Source: an uncultured Verrucomicrobiae bacterium
Lineage (GTDB): Bacteria; Verrucomicrobiota; Verrucomicrobiia; Chthoniobacterales; JAFAMB01
DNA length: 64,000 bases
Assembly: GCA_963762565.1 (NCBI GenBank)
Contig: CAVXLD010000007.1
Span: 128,001-192,000, forward strand
Reading direction: 5' to 3'
This document shows, one piece after another, positions 1 to 9,101 of this stretch. Numbering within the stretch: position 1 is the stretch's first letter; every line of letters begins with the position of its first letter. The translations under genes were made by a program, and so were the position numbers. The notes beneath the pieces were generated by a model that was given only the letters and a program-made list of their open reading frames with translations, was not told where the DNA came from and searched no databases.

Positions 1-157
1 TTTCTTTGGTGATACTTAACAGATAACATGCCAAAATTTTCGTACCGGCCGGATCTGATTATCGCTCAGTGACTTACCCATCAAAGATGACCGGCAGGGT
101 TACTGTACGAATTTCCGAACATATGGGTTCTCGTTTGGCCGAGTTCGAGCTGTCGAA

Positions 158-583
158 CTATCGATTTGAGGGACTGGGGCTCTGGGTGGCCGGAGCAGGA
201 TCGGCTGCTTCCGGTGTTTCAATAACACCATAAGTATCCGGAATCGGGCTCTTGCTCAGGAACCTGCTATAGGTCCAGAGAGGAATGGTTATGTTTCCTA
301 ACTGGATCTGCGCAATCCCGTGAGCCGGATCTTCCGAGATTATCTTGGCAATGGTGCCCGGTATTAGGTAGTAGCAGCCAGCGTTCTGCACCACGTCAAG
401 TTCAGTAGCATCAGTGTGATGACCGACAATTCGGTCGACATCTTGCCCTTTGCTACAGGCATAGGGACCATTCGCAATGACCCAGCGGTACCCTTGAGCA
501 GCCAAGGCAGCGTAATCGGTGGCAAAAGCAGTACCGGCAAAGTTTAGGCTGATTGCTGAGATGAAGGAAAGTAGTAGTTTCAT
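158..583 (-). CDS. Hypothetical secreted protein
   Basis: ORF 158..697; likely start at MKLLLSFISAISLNFAGTAFA (signal-peptide-like), two Cys, Pro/Ser-rich tail. Confidence 0.6.
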   Translation of the reverse strand: MKLLLSFISAISLNFAGTAFATDYAALAAQGYRWVIANGPYACSKGQDVDRIVGHHTDATELDVVQNAGCYYLIPGTIAKIISEDPAHGIAQIQLGNITIPLWTYSRFLSKSPIPDTYGVIETPEAADPAPATQSPSPSNR

Positions 584-726
584 AGGCCTTTGATGCTGCA
601 ACCAAGAAGCAGAATTCGGGCTAGTTGTCTTTTGATAACAACGGTATGAGCCGGAAAGCGCGTCTATTAGTCCTGAATTTGTTAATTGTTCCTTCAAGTG
701 GGGCGATAATGAAAATCGTTTAATCC

Positions 727-751
727 GATCGCAATGATCGAAAGGCGCTAT
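727..751. promoter_or_regulatory. LysR-type T-N11-A box, copy 1
   Basis: GATCGCAATGATCGAAAGGCGCTAT matches 1450-1474 at 20/25 positions; T738-N11-A750. Confidence 0.4.
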
Positions 752-975
752 CGATGTGCGGATGGGCAGGCCGCCGTCGCTTCGCTTTGGCCGCCCTAGA
801 TCTCTGAACTCGCCTGGCTACAGAGTAGAGATTGGATCGAGAGGACGAATACTGGAATCGTTCGACATTTCGTTCCGGTTAGTTTCGTTGCCACAAATTC
901 ATAAGAAGCAACGGCCAAGGGAGTTATGGAAATCGCGGCGATTGGCACGAAAAGTGACTTACAAGTGGCAGTTAT

Positions 976-1326
976 ATGAGGACGCTGAAGATTGCAATCG
1001 CTGTGTGGGTGTTTGTCGCGCTTCAACTAATTACCGTACCCGCTTTCGGGCGCGGGTTTGGAGGGGGTGGAGGATTCCATGGCGGTGGCGGAGGGTTTCA
1101 TGGAGGTGGCGGCCATTTTGGCGGCGGGCATTTTGGTGGCGGTCGCCAAGGGTGGGGCGGCCGCGGTTACGGCTGGCGTGGCGGTTACGGGCGTGGCTGG
1201 TACGGTGATCGTGGGTACGGGGCCGGCTGGTATGGTGGAAGGTATGGGCGTGGTTGGTATGGTGGCGGTCCCTACTGGTGGTGGGGTTACCCCTACCCGT
1301 ATGCTTACGGACCTTACGGTTGGTAA
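976..1326 (+). CDS. Secreted Gly/Arg/Tyr/Trp-rich low-complexity protein
   Basis: Signal peptide ending PAFG, then GGGFH and GWYGG repeats and a YPYPY tail. Confidence 0.75.
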   Translation: MRTLKIAIAVWVFVALQLITVPAFGRGFGGGGGFHGGGGGFHGGGGHFGGGHFGGGRQGWGGRGYGWRGGYGRGWYGDRGYGAGWYGGRYGRGWYGGGPYWWWGYPYPYAYGPYGW

Positions 1327-1449
1327 TAGCGACAAACAGAAAAACCCTGAACTGCAGCCCCGAAATTCTCCGGGGTGAAATGAACGCAGATTGACGCAGA
1401 TAGTGTCGGCTTGGATTGCGTTCATTCAAAAGCGTCCGTCGTATGATTT

Positions 1450-1474
1450 GATTGCAATGATCGGAAATGGCTAT
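1450..1474. promoter_or_regulatory. LysR autoregulatory T-N11-A box, copy 2
   Basis: GATTGCAATGATCGGAAATGGCTAT lies 15 bp before the LysR start; T1461-N11-A1473. Confidence 0.45.
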
Positions 1475-1488
1475 AGTGCCTATCGGCT

Positions 1489-2403
1489 ATGGAGCTCCGA
1501 CATTTTCGTTATTTTGCGGCTGTAGCACAACACCTGAACTACAGCGAAGCTTCCCGCCGGCTGCGCGTGGCGCAGCCGGCCATCAGCCAAACGATTTTCG
1601 ATTTGGAAGAGGAAATTGGGGCCAAATTGTTTTTGCGTAGCAATCGCAATGTCCGGCTGACCTCGGCGGGTGAGGTTTTGTTTGAGGAAGTCCAGGGCAT
1701 TTTAAAGCGAGCGGATGAAGCCAAACGCGCGACCCAGCGGGCGGCGCGAGGAGAAGTGGGAACTCTTTGCGTGGGGTTTATCGCTCCAGCAGCGGCGCCG
1801 ATTTTGCCTTCGTTGGTGCGAGCCTATCGAGGGCAGTATCCGGAAGTGGAGTTGCAGCTTCACCACATGAATCCAGATGCTCAATTCGCGGCTTTTGCCG
1901 ACGGCAAACTGGATCTTGGTCTTTCACGGCCGTTGCTGCCGGAACAGAGGGCCCATTTTGAGGAAGAGATGATTTATCGTGACTATCTCGTGGCCATCCT
2001 TCCTCCGAAACATCCTTTAGCTAAAGAACGAAAGATTGAACTGCAAAAGCTGTCGACCGAATCTTTCGTCCTCTTCCACCGAGTTGGCGCCCCAGGGCTA
2101 TTTGATGAAGCTGTCGGGATGTGTCGCCAAGCGGGTTTTACACCCGACGTTCGGCATGAAACCGATCTGATGACCACGGTTTTCCTTCTGGTGGAAAGCG
2201 GGCTGGGGGTTTCGCTGGTGCCGAGTCGCGCTCGCGGTTTGGAGCAACAGAAAACGTTGCGGCGGCCGTTGACGGTACAATCCAATTCCTTATGCCTGTG
2301 CGCCATCTGGCCGCGCAGATCTCAAAGTCCGACGGTCGAAGCTTTTCTAGAGATCTTGCGAGCACAAATACCGGCTATTCGGAAACAGGCGCCAGAGCTC
2401 TGA
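1489..2403 (+). CDS. LysR family transcriptional regulator (BenM/AlsR-like)
   Basis: MELRHFRYF..AQPAISQTI..LEEEIGAKLF HTH plus substrate-binding domain. Confidence 0.95.
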   Translation: MELRHFRYFAAVAQHLNYSEASRRLRVAQPAISQTIFDLEEEIGAKLFLRSNRNVRLTSAGEVLFEEVQGILKRADEAKRATQRAARGEVGTLCVGFIAPAAAPILPSLVRAYRGQYPEVELQLHHMNPDAQFAAFADGKLDLGLSRPLLPEQRAHFEEEMIYRDYLVAILPPKHPLAKERKIELQKLSTESFVLFHRVGAPGLFDEAVGMCRQAGFTPDVRHETDLMTTVFLLVESGLGVSLVPSRARGLEQQKTLRRPLTVQSNSLCLCAIWPRRSQSPTVEAFLEILRAQIPAIRKQAPEL

Positions 2404-2445
2404 ATGTGAGAAGTGAGAGGTGATTGGTGAGAGGTGGGGCGCCAG

Positions 2446-2475
2446 CCGTGGAACGCTGCCTCGCTTGCGAGGCCG
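2446..2475 (+). repeat. REP-like palindromic unit (same family as the 23317 array)
   Basis: CCGTGGAACGCTGCCTCGCTTGCGAGGCCG. Confidence 0.8.
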
Positions 2476-2563
2476 ATGCGACCAAGGGACATCGTGATGC
2501 TCGCCCCATTTCTGTCCGCGCTCTATGTCGTGCCGAACAGCTCGAATACCTCGAAAGTAACGA

Positions 2564-2616
2564 CAAGAGAATAAACGTTTTTTAACGTCGCCGAATCGTA
2601 TTTTTCACGATTGCTG
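2564..2616. repeat. Direct repeat A flanking the rcnR-like/P1B-ATPase cassette
   Basis: CAAGAGAATAAACGTTTTTTAACGTCGCCGAATCGTATTTTTCACGATTGCTG; similar copy at 4953-5004. Confidence 0.85.
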
Positions 2617-2632
2617 CAGCGAGATCGCTCGT

Positions 2633-4579
2633 CTAGTGCTCTGGTAATCGTGATTGAAACAGTCGTGCCGAGTTGAGGATAAACGCCAATTCTGATCCCA
2701 CATGGATCAGGGCGGCAGCGATGGGTGCCAGGAGCCCAAAGAACGCAAACGCGATACCAAGCGTGTCGACCGTGATCGTACCCCAAAAGTTAAACATGAT
2801 GACGCCGTAGCAACGTTTGGCGATATCTAAGACTTCAACCAGCCGCGAAAGATCGCTCGTCATGAGGGTGATGTCCGCTGTTTCCAGGGCAACATCGGTT
2901 CCGCCACCCATCGCTATACCCACGGTGGCTTGCGCTAGAGCCGGAGCATCGTTAATACCATCGCCAACCATTGCGACTTTATGCCCTCTTCGAAGGAACT
3001 CTCGAATTTTCTCGAGCTTCTCCTCTGGCAACAGGCTCCCGACCGCCTCGTGCACCCCGAGCCGGCTACCGATTGCCGATGCAGTCTCACTGCTATCGCC
3101 GGTTAAGAGCACGGTCCGATAGCCTTTTTGCTTTAGCTCGGCGACGGCGTGTATCGCTTCGTCGCGAAGCCGATCGGCAATTGTTAGCAGCCCCAAGAGC
3201 CTCGAATCACGTCCCACGAAGACGGATGTTTCACCGGGCTTAACTCCATTTTCCAAGGATGCCGGGTCGAAACGGATCCCGTTTTCCTCCAGTAACGTCG
3301 ATGTCCCCACTACGATCTTGCTCCCGTTATCGAAACAGAGGAGCCCCTTGCCAGGGATGTATTGGAGATCCGAGTATTCGCGTATGGAAAGTTGTTCCAT
3401 GTGCGCTTTACGTACCACGGCTTCGCCGAGCGGGTGCTCAGAGTGTTGTTCGGCAATCGCAGCGCTTTCTAAAACGTCTCGAGCAGATGCGCCATCCACG
3501 GCGCGAATATCGGTCACCTCCGGAATCCCCATTGTGAGCGTGCCGGTCTTATCCAGGACGATGGTATCGATCTCCGCGAGTTTCTCCAGGTACAGCCCGC
3601 CTTTCACGATAATGCCGCGCCGAGCCGCGCTGCCAATACCCGCCAAAATCGCCAACGGTGTGCCTGCAGCAACGCCGCAAGCACCGGCAACGATGATCAC
3701 AGCAATCGTGGAAGTAAGGCTGCGGGTGACGATGAAAGTAAGAACAGCGGCGCCTAGCGCAAAGTAAACTAGCCCGGCGGCAAGCCGATCCGCGATTCGT
3801 TGCACCGGAGCCTTTGATTTTTCAGCCTGTTCGACAACCTGAATGATTTTCCCAAAAGTGGTATCTCGCCCGACTCGCTCAACGCTAACTTCTAAGACTC
3901 CGTTCTTGTTGATGGTGCCGGCAAACACGTTGCTCAGCTCGGTTTTCTCTACCGGTAATGACTCACCCGTAATCGAAGATTGATCGACATAGCTGCTGCC
4001 TTTCCTGACGACGCCGTCGACCGGAATTCGTTCTCCGGGCCGAATCACGATTATTTCGCCGACCGCAAGCTCTTCTGCGCTCAATTCAATTTCCTGACCG
4101 TTTCGTCGAACGATCACAATTCGGGGAAGTGCATTCACCAATTGCTCGATCGCCTTGCGCCCGCCGCTCACCGTGTAGCATTCAAGGAGTTCAGCAAAGA
4201 GTACGAAGAAAGCGATGACGATGGCGGTGAAAAACTGTCCAATGGCCAGCGCAGACAGAAGTGCGATCGTCATGGAAAGTTCCATCGTCATCCGGCGCTT
4301 GAGCAGATTCTCCCAAGCCTCTTTATAGATAGGAAATCCGCCGATGAACGTACCGGCGAAGGCCAGCCAATCTCGATTCATGAAGGGACGCCACCAACCA
4401 GCGAGGCTGGCGACGACGATAAGAGCCATCACGCCCAGGCGAACGTATTCGGCAGGTCCAGCGGCGTGGTCATGATCATGATCGTGGCCCTCATGGTCAT
4501 GACCTTGGTGATCGTGATCGTGATCAACATGCGTATGCTGGTTCCTAACAGGAACGTCTTCGGCTGTGTCGGTTTTCAT
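2633..4579 (-). CDS. Heavy-metal P1B-type ATPase with His-rich N-terminus and atypical GACG membrane motif
   Basis: TGES, DKTGT, SEHPL, GDGINDAP motifs; HDHDH N-terminus; VAGACGVAAGTP where CPC is usual. Confidence 0.93.
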   Translation of the reverse strand: MKTDTAEDVPVRNQHTHVDHDHDHQGHDHEGHDHDHDHAAGPAEYVRLGVMALIVVASLAGWWRPFMNRDWLAFAGTFIGGFPIYKEAWENLLKRRMTMELSMTIALLSALAIGQFFTAIVIAFFVLFAELLECYTVSGGRKAIEQLVNALPRIVIVRRNGQEIELSAEELAVGEIIVIRPGERIPVDGVVRKGSSYVDQSSITGESLPVEKTELSNVFAGTINKNGVLEVSVERVGRDTTFGKIIQVVEQAEKSKAPVQRIADRLAAGLVYFALGAAVLTFIVTRSLTSTIAVIIVAGACGVAAGTPLAILAGIGSAARRGIIVKGGLYLEKLAEIDTIVLDKTGTLTMGIPEVTDIRAVDGASARDVLESAAIAEQHSEHPLGEAVVRKAHMEQLSIREYSDLQYIPGKGLLCFDNGSKIVVGTSTLLEENGIRFDPASLENGVKPGETSVFVGRDSRLLGLLTIADRLRDEAIHAVAELKQKGYRTVLLTGDSSETASAIGSRLGVHEAVGSLLPEEKLEKIREFLRRGHKVAMVGDGINDAPALAQATVGIAMGGGTDVALETADITLMTSDLSRLVEVLDIAKRCYGVIMFNFWGTITVDTLGIAFAFFGLLAPIAAALIHVGSELAFILNSARLFQSRLPEH

Positions 4580-4593
4580 GGGCTCCCCCCCTT

Positions 4594-4866
4594 TTATTTG
4601 AGATACCGTTTTATGACTTCGATTAGCTCTTCACCGGCAGCGGCTTGTGACTCAGTAGACTTTTCGTTTAACAGGTGCTGCCGGACATGACCCTCTAGGA
4701 TTTCAGCCATTAGAGCATTCAAAGCGCCGCGACATGCGGCTAAGGTAAGCAGCACTTCCCCACAGTCGTGGTTCTCCTCCACAGCTCGTTCAATTCCGTT
4801 GAGCTGGCCGCGGATGCGGCTGAGTCTGGCCAAGAGCTTCTTCTTCTGTTGGATAACATGAGCCAT
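4594..4866 (-). CDS. CsoR/RcnR family metal-sensing repressor with RcnR/DmeR-type H-C-H-H ligands
   Basis: MAH start (His3), RIRGQ, HDC (Cys35), EGHVRQH (His60/His64). Confidence 0.88.
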   Translation of the reverse strand: MAHVIQQKKKLLARLSRIRGQLNGIERAVEENHDCGEVLLTLAACRGALNALMAEILEGHVRQHLLNEKSTESQAAAGEELIEVIKRYLK

Positions 4867-4876
4867 GATTGTCAAG

Positions 4877-4898
4877 ATACCATATCAGGGTATGGTAT
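4877..4898. promoter_or_regulatory. CsoR/RcnR-family operator
   Basis: Perfect 8-bp inverted repeat ATACCATA-TCAGGG-TATGGTAT with a G tract, just upstream of the repressor start. Confidence 0.8.
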
Positions 4899-4952
4899 TA
4901 TAGCGAAACCACAACCTCGACTTTCTGCTACTCAAGCACCCGCAAGGAACGC

Positions 4953-5004
4953 CAAGAGATTAACGTTTTTTAATATTGTCGAATCGTAATTTTCACGATT
5001 GCTG
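4953..5004. repeat. Direct repeat B flanking the rcnR-like/P1B-ATPase cassette
   Basis: CAAGAGATTAACGTTTTTTAATATTGTCGAATCGTAATTTTCACGATTGCTG. Confidence 0.85.
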
Positions 5005-5024
5005 GTGCAGATTCAGACAACGTT

Positions 5025-5138
5025 ATGATCTGGCGAATCTTAGTATCGGTCGCGATTGGCGAGGCGTTGTTGTGTGTGCTCCCATTACTGCTGACAGGAG
5101 CCGTCACGTTATTACGCGTCTGGCTCTTTACTAACTGA
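5025..5138 (+). CDS. Putative 37-aa hydrophobic small protein
   Basis: Hand-translated MIWRILVSVAIGEALLCVLPLLLTGAVTLLRVWLFTN, 20 bp after repeat B. Confidence 0.35.
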   Translation: MIWRILVSVAIGEALLCVLPLLLTGAVTLLRVWLFTN

Positions 5139-5257
5139 TAGGGCGTAGAGCCTAGGTCACGCCTTAAAGGGCTTGTTGCCCAATTAGCTTTCACACAGAA
5201 GGCCAGAAGGAGAGAAGGAAAAGGAATCTTACAGAAGGTCCAGTAGAAGCTTCTTCT

Positions 5258-5854
5258 CTAGGAGTGTGATCGCGCAACGGCCGCGACCGTCGAAAGGCGT
5301 TTTTGAGATAGTAACGAATGAAGAACTACAAGCGCCACAAACGTCGCTGCATTGATTACAAAAACGTGGGAGACAATGCCAATCGTGAAATCTTGTAGCC
5401 CGCCCAGAGAGAAAAGCGCTAGTGCGTAGATTGCCGCTTCGAAGACCAAAAATGCGGTGGCAAAAGCGATCCCGAAGCGAAAGCCCTTATAAATCGCTGT
5501 TTTCATGTGATACATCCGGGCTGCGGAAGCGGTGGCGATTAGGGTAGCTGCGCCCAAGGCTATACCCCAAGCGACCGAATTGAACGTCCAAGGATAGCCA
5601 AGCATTCCGTAACCAACGCATTGATTTATCAGCCAAGTCACTCCACTGACGAGCAGCGCATCGCGCCGGGCCAAGGTGACTGCGGCGGCAGCTCCAATTG
5701 CTTCGAAGGGAGCGGCACATGCGAACCCCACGCTAAATACGAGGCTGGAACCGATCAATATCGCCAGCCACAAAAGCAAGGGCCACGCACTGCCGATTGA
5801 TCTGGTTCGAGAATTCGCCTCTAGAGATGAGTGCTTGGTTTCTACCGTATTCAT
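5258..5854 (-). CDS. Uncharacterised integral membrane protein, third gene of the B12-riboswitch operon
   Basis: About 5-6 hydrophobic segments, FACAAPF and NQCVGYGMLGYP motifs; likely start MNTVETK. Confidence 0.7.
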   Translation of the reverse strand: MNTVETKHSSLEANSRTRSIGSAWPLLLWLAILIGSSLVFSVGFACAAPFEAIGAAAAVTLARRDALLVSGVTWLINQCVGYGMLGYPWTFNSVAWGIALGAATLIATASAARMYHMKTAIYKGFRFGIAFATAFLVFEAAIYALALFSLGGLQDFTIGIVSHVFVINAATFVALVVLHSLLSQKRLSTVAAVARSHS

Positions 5855-5904
5855 AAGGCCGCTTTTTTTGAGATGAAGGATGGTTAGGTGTGGTTCTGTG
5901 AAGT

Positions 5905-6501
5905 TTATCCATGCTGGAATTTCAGTCCGCTCCGGTCCAAAGGATCGGGTTCCGATAAGCCAAGCCACCGACCACGAAGATGATCCCAGAGGGCTAACCG
6001 TGACCAATCAGGTTGTTTCTCGATCTGCATATCGGATGTCAGGAACGGGTTCGGAAGAAAGACGGTCAGTTGCTGTTCGTCTTTGCCGTTATAAAGACGG
6101 AGCCCCCAGTAATTGGGCGTCCCAGTCTCGCTTAACTGGCGATAGAGTTCTGCCCGAGAAGTTCGGCGATGCGCCTTGAGCTCGGGATCGGTGGGATGCG
6201 CTTTCGAGCCGTTATTCTCCCCGATGCAGATGTGGAAATGCCAGTGACCAAAATCCACCGTCAGATATCCGTCGAGCAGAGTGACGCTCTCCGGCTTTCT
6301 ATCTGCCTTGATTTCCCAGGCTGCACCTTGAATCAGAATTCCAAAGACGATTTCCTGCCAATGATTTTCAAACAGATCTTTTAATAACTCGAACAAGAGT
6401 GACTCGGACGGATTAAGATCGAATATTTCCAGCGTACCGTTGCCCAATTCGAACACGGTCCTCGATTTTCCGGTCTGCGTTTTGTCGAGTGTCGGTTGCA
6501 T
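5905..6501 (-). CDS. Uncharacterised cytoplasmic protein with HWHFHICIGE motif, B12-riboswitch operon
   Basis: 198-aa ORF starting 12 bp after the btuB-like stop. Confidence 0.75.
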   Translation of the reverse strand: MQPTLDKTQTGKSRTVFELGNGTLEIFDLNPSESLLFELLKDLFENHWQEIVFGILIQGAAWEIKADRKPESVTLLDGYLTVDFGHWHFHICIGENNGSKAHPTDPELKAHRRTSRAELYRQLSETGTPNYWGLRLYNGKDEQQLTVFLPNPFLTSDMQIEKQPDWSRLALWDHLRGRWLGLSEPDPLDRSGLKFQHG

Positions 6502-6513
6502 GGCTCTGCCGGG

Positions 6514-8526
6514 TTAGAATCGGACCTCAGCTCCTCCGAACACAGCTGTTCCGAGGGCCGGATATCCAATAGTGGTGTAATAATGCTGGTTAGACAAATT
6601 CTCTACCCTGAAAGTGAACGCGACATGATCGTTTACTTCCCATCGCGCGTAGGTGCGTAACACCCAATAATCATTGAGCCGGACGAATTTCGCCGGAACG
6701 AAAGAAAAATCCTCTGCTACCTGTTGGCCGGAGTATAAGGCGCCGAACCCAACCGTGAGAACACTAAAGAACTTGTAATTGGTATCTAGGCTGAAGAAGT
6801 AGCGCGGAATATCCGGATCCCTCTGCGTGACTCCAGCGGACGTGAAATAGGACTCCGTCCAAGTGAACGCTGCCCGAGTCTGCCAATTCTTGATCGGATT
6901 GATCCGAATTTCCGTTTCAATCCCGTACGTCTCGCCAGAATTTTGATTCTCATAGCTGCCGGTGACTGGACTGGTTGGGACAAAGGCAATTATGTCGTGA
7001 ATATAGTTCTGGAAGAAACTAGCGCTCAAGGTCACCCCGGTGTCCCACAGATATTGGTCTATACCAACATCATATCCCTGGGACGTCTCCGGCCTTAGAT
7101 CACGATTTCCTAGGGCGAAAGCCGAGGTTGAAAATGTGTCAAAAAGATCAGGAGCCTTGAAAGCGGTGCCATAGCTCGCCCTCAATTTGGTCTTCGTGGC
7201 GTCAATGAGGTAGGCGCCGGAGAAACGATAGGTAAAGGCGTCGCCGGCCAACTGATAGTGATCCCATCGCCCGCCGGCAGTCAGGGTCAAATTTGGGATG
7301 ATCTCCCATAGGTCTTGCAGGTAGAGAGCAAAATTATTTTCTTCCTGCTGAGGAAAAGAATTGTCATGACCCGCTTCTAAATAATAGGTAGCGCCGGCCA
7401 CGGCGGTATCCTTAGAGGTGATCTGAAAAGTATTCTGCCAATCGGTCTCCAGGTTGAAAGCTTTTCCGACGTAAACGGTGCCAGTAAAGAACTCGGAAGG
7501 AATGGGAGGTTCGACAAAGGTGTATCGCTCGTTATACCCGCCCACCATTAGGTGCTGCTGCCACCAGTCTGTTGTTTTCCAATTCACAAACAGCGTAACC
7601 AGATTCGTCTCGCCGGCCGCTTTCGCATTGGGATCGTCGAAAGGAATATCGACTGGACGGTCACTGCTGGGTTCGCCGTATCGGCCGAATTCGCCTCTCG
7701 CGGTTACACCGATTGTTAGAGTATCAGTTAGCGGTATATCGAGACGGAATGAATAGCCGTCTTCCCGAAGATGATTGTTAGGCCGGGCATTGGCAGTTTC
7801 ATCGTGTACGTAGTCAAGAGAGTAGGCGATTTTGCCGATCACACCGGAGCTGATAAGGCCGGCTCGGATTGAATCGTAGGCGCCGTATTCCCCAAAGCCG
7901 GTGACCGTTGGCTGTCCCGAACCTTGATGCGTTGCCAGGGAAATCACTCCGCCGATGGCGTCGGATCCATACAGTGTACTGTACGGGCCCCTCACTATGG
8001 TGATGGTATCGAGATTGAAGTTTTGCGCGTACGCCAGAAAGGGCGCCGCATTGTCAAAAATACCAGTGTTCACCCTCATTCCGTCCACCAGGAACAGGGT
8101 ATAAGAAGGATCAGTCCCTCTAATACTAACCGTAGTGAATCCGCCTCGAGCGCCGGTTTCCAATGCAAATACGCCTGGCGTTGTATTCAAAGCAGTCTTC
8201 AGATCGGCGATCTGTTCGGTTTGGAGCTGATCCCCAGTGAGCTGGCTGAAGGCGCTCCCGATCTGTGACTCGTCCTCGGGCGTGCGGGTCGCGGTCACGA
8301 TAATTTGGTTGAAAAGATTGTCGGTATTGCTGCCTGAATCATCGCCCAATGCCCGATGATTCATCGTCAGAGTCAAGAATGAAGCGGCTACCAATCTCGA
8401 GAAATCGAATAGGAGGCGCGACTTTAGGAGAGCTGCGGTACTAGCCAGCATCCGCACCGCGTGATTTTTGCGGGCCAGGTCGTGATGACCTAGTAAGTCA
8501 GAGACTTTCTTCGTTTCAGTTGGCAT
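6514..8526 (-). CDS. btuB: TonB-dependent receptor, BtuB-like
   Basis: IIVTATRT TonB box, RGPYSTLYGSDAIGGVI plug, C-terminal Phe, upstream cobalamin riboswitch; start uncertain. Confidence 0.8.
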   Translation of the reverse strand: MPTETKKVSDLLGHHDLARKNHAVRMLASTAALLKSRLLFDFSRLVAASFLTLTMNHRALGDDSGSNTDNLFNQIIVTATRTPEDESQIGSAFSQLTGDQLQTEQIADLKTALNTTPGVFALETGARGGFTTVSIRGTDPSYTLFLVDGMRVNTGIFDNAAPFLAYAQNFNLDTITIVRGPYSTLYGSDAIGGVISLATHQGSGQPTVTGFGEYGAYDSIRAGLISSGVIGKIAYSLDYVHDETANARPNNHLREDGYSFRLDIPLTDTLTIGVTARGEFGRYGEPSSDRPVDIPFDDPNAKAAGETNLVTLFVNWKTTDWWQQHLMVGGYNERYTFVEPPIPSEFFTGTVYVGKAFNLETDWQNTFQITSKDTAVAGATYYLEAGHDNSFPQQEENNFALYLQDLWEIIPNLTLTAGGRWDHYQLAGDAFTYRFSGAYLIDATKTKLRASYGTAFKAPDLFDTFSTSAFALGNRDLRPETSQGYDVGIDQYLWDTGVTLSASFFQNYIHDIIAFVPTSPVTGSYENQNSGETYGIETEIRINPIKNWQTRAAFTWTESYFTSAGVTQRDPDIPRYFFSLDTNYKFFSVLTVGFGALYSGQQVAEDFSFVPAKFVRLNDYWVLRTYARWEVNDHVAFTFRVENLSNQHYYTTIGYPALGTAVFGGAEVRF

Positions 8527-8718
8527 TTTCGAAAGCGCGAACCCGCCAAGGCTCACGCGTGCTCGGTGGAAGTGCGCTGAACGCCCTTACCACCGAGGTT
8601 TTCGGAAACCGTGACTCCTGGTGGACAGGGTTTTTACCTGAACGCCGAACTGAAACGGTTCCCATCCTGTCTTTGGCGAGACAGTGATCCGGACTCATTC
8701 CGAATCTGATGAGCACTG

Positions 8719-8885
8719 ACAGAGGAGGTCTTCTGACTCCGAGGTCACTCTACTAGCTTCGCCTTCCCGTCCTAAAATAGAACAGTGGCAAAATGAAGCG
8801 TTCGTCACTCGTTACAGCGGCGCAACCGCACGGGATTCACACCCGTTTCCCAATTTCTCCCAATGCCTTAGCAAGGGGCCCTCTG
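8719..8885 (-). ncRNA. Cobalamin riboswitch
   Basis: Minus strand reads GGGAAACGGGTGTGAATCCCG..GCCGCTGTAA..GCCACTG..GGGAAGG..AGTCAGAAGACCT (B12 box); CAGAGG/CCTCTG closing stem. Confidence 0.93.
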
Positions 8886-9101
8886 CAGGGTTTTCCACTA
8901 TCCTCCAAGGATAGTGGCTCTGAGAAAGAACTGAAGCGAAACTGAGTAGGTCCTAATCCGCAAAGAGTCAAGCTTCCAGTGAGCGATAATGGGACGTTAT
9001 TCGAGGTTGCAGGCTGTTGAAGCCCGCTGCCGACGGGGCCCGAACGCTCGGGGTTTTTCACTGTAGGGTTTGCGGCTGCGCTATATGACCGCCGCCACGT
9101 A

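Noticed and set aside
8560..8715. Second tandem cobalamin riboswitch
   Set aside because: Only a CACTG..GGGAA-like fragment is present, without the core or B12 box; more likely the expression platform.
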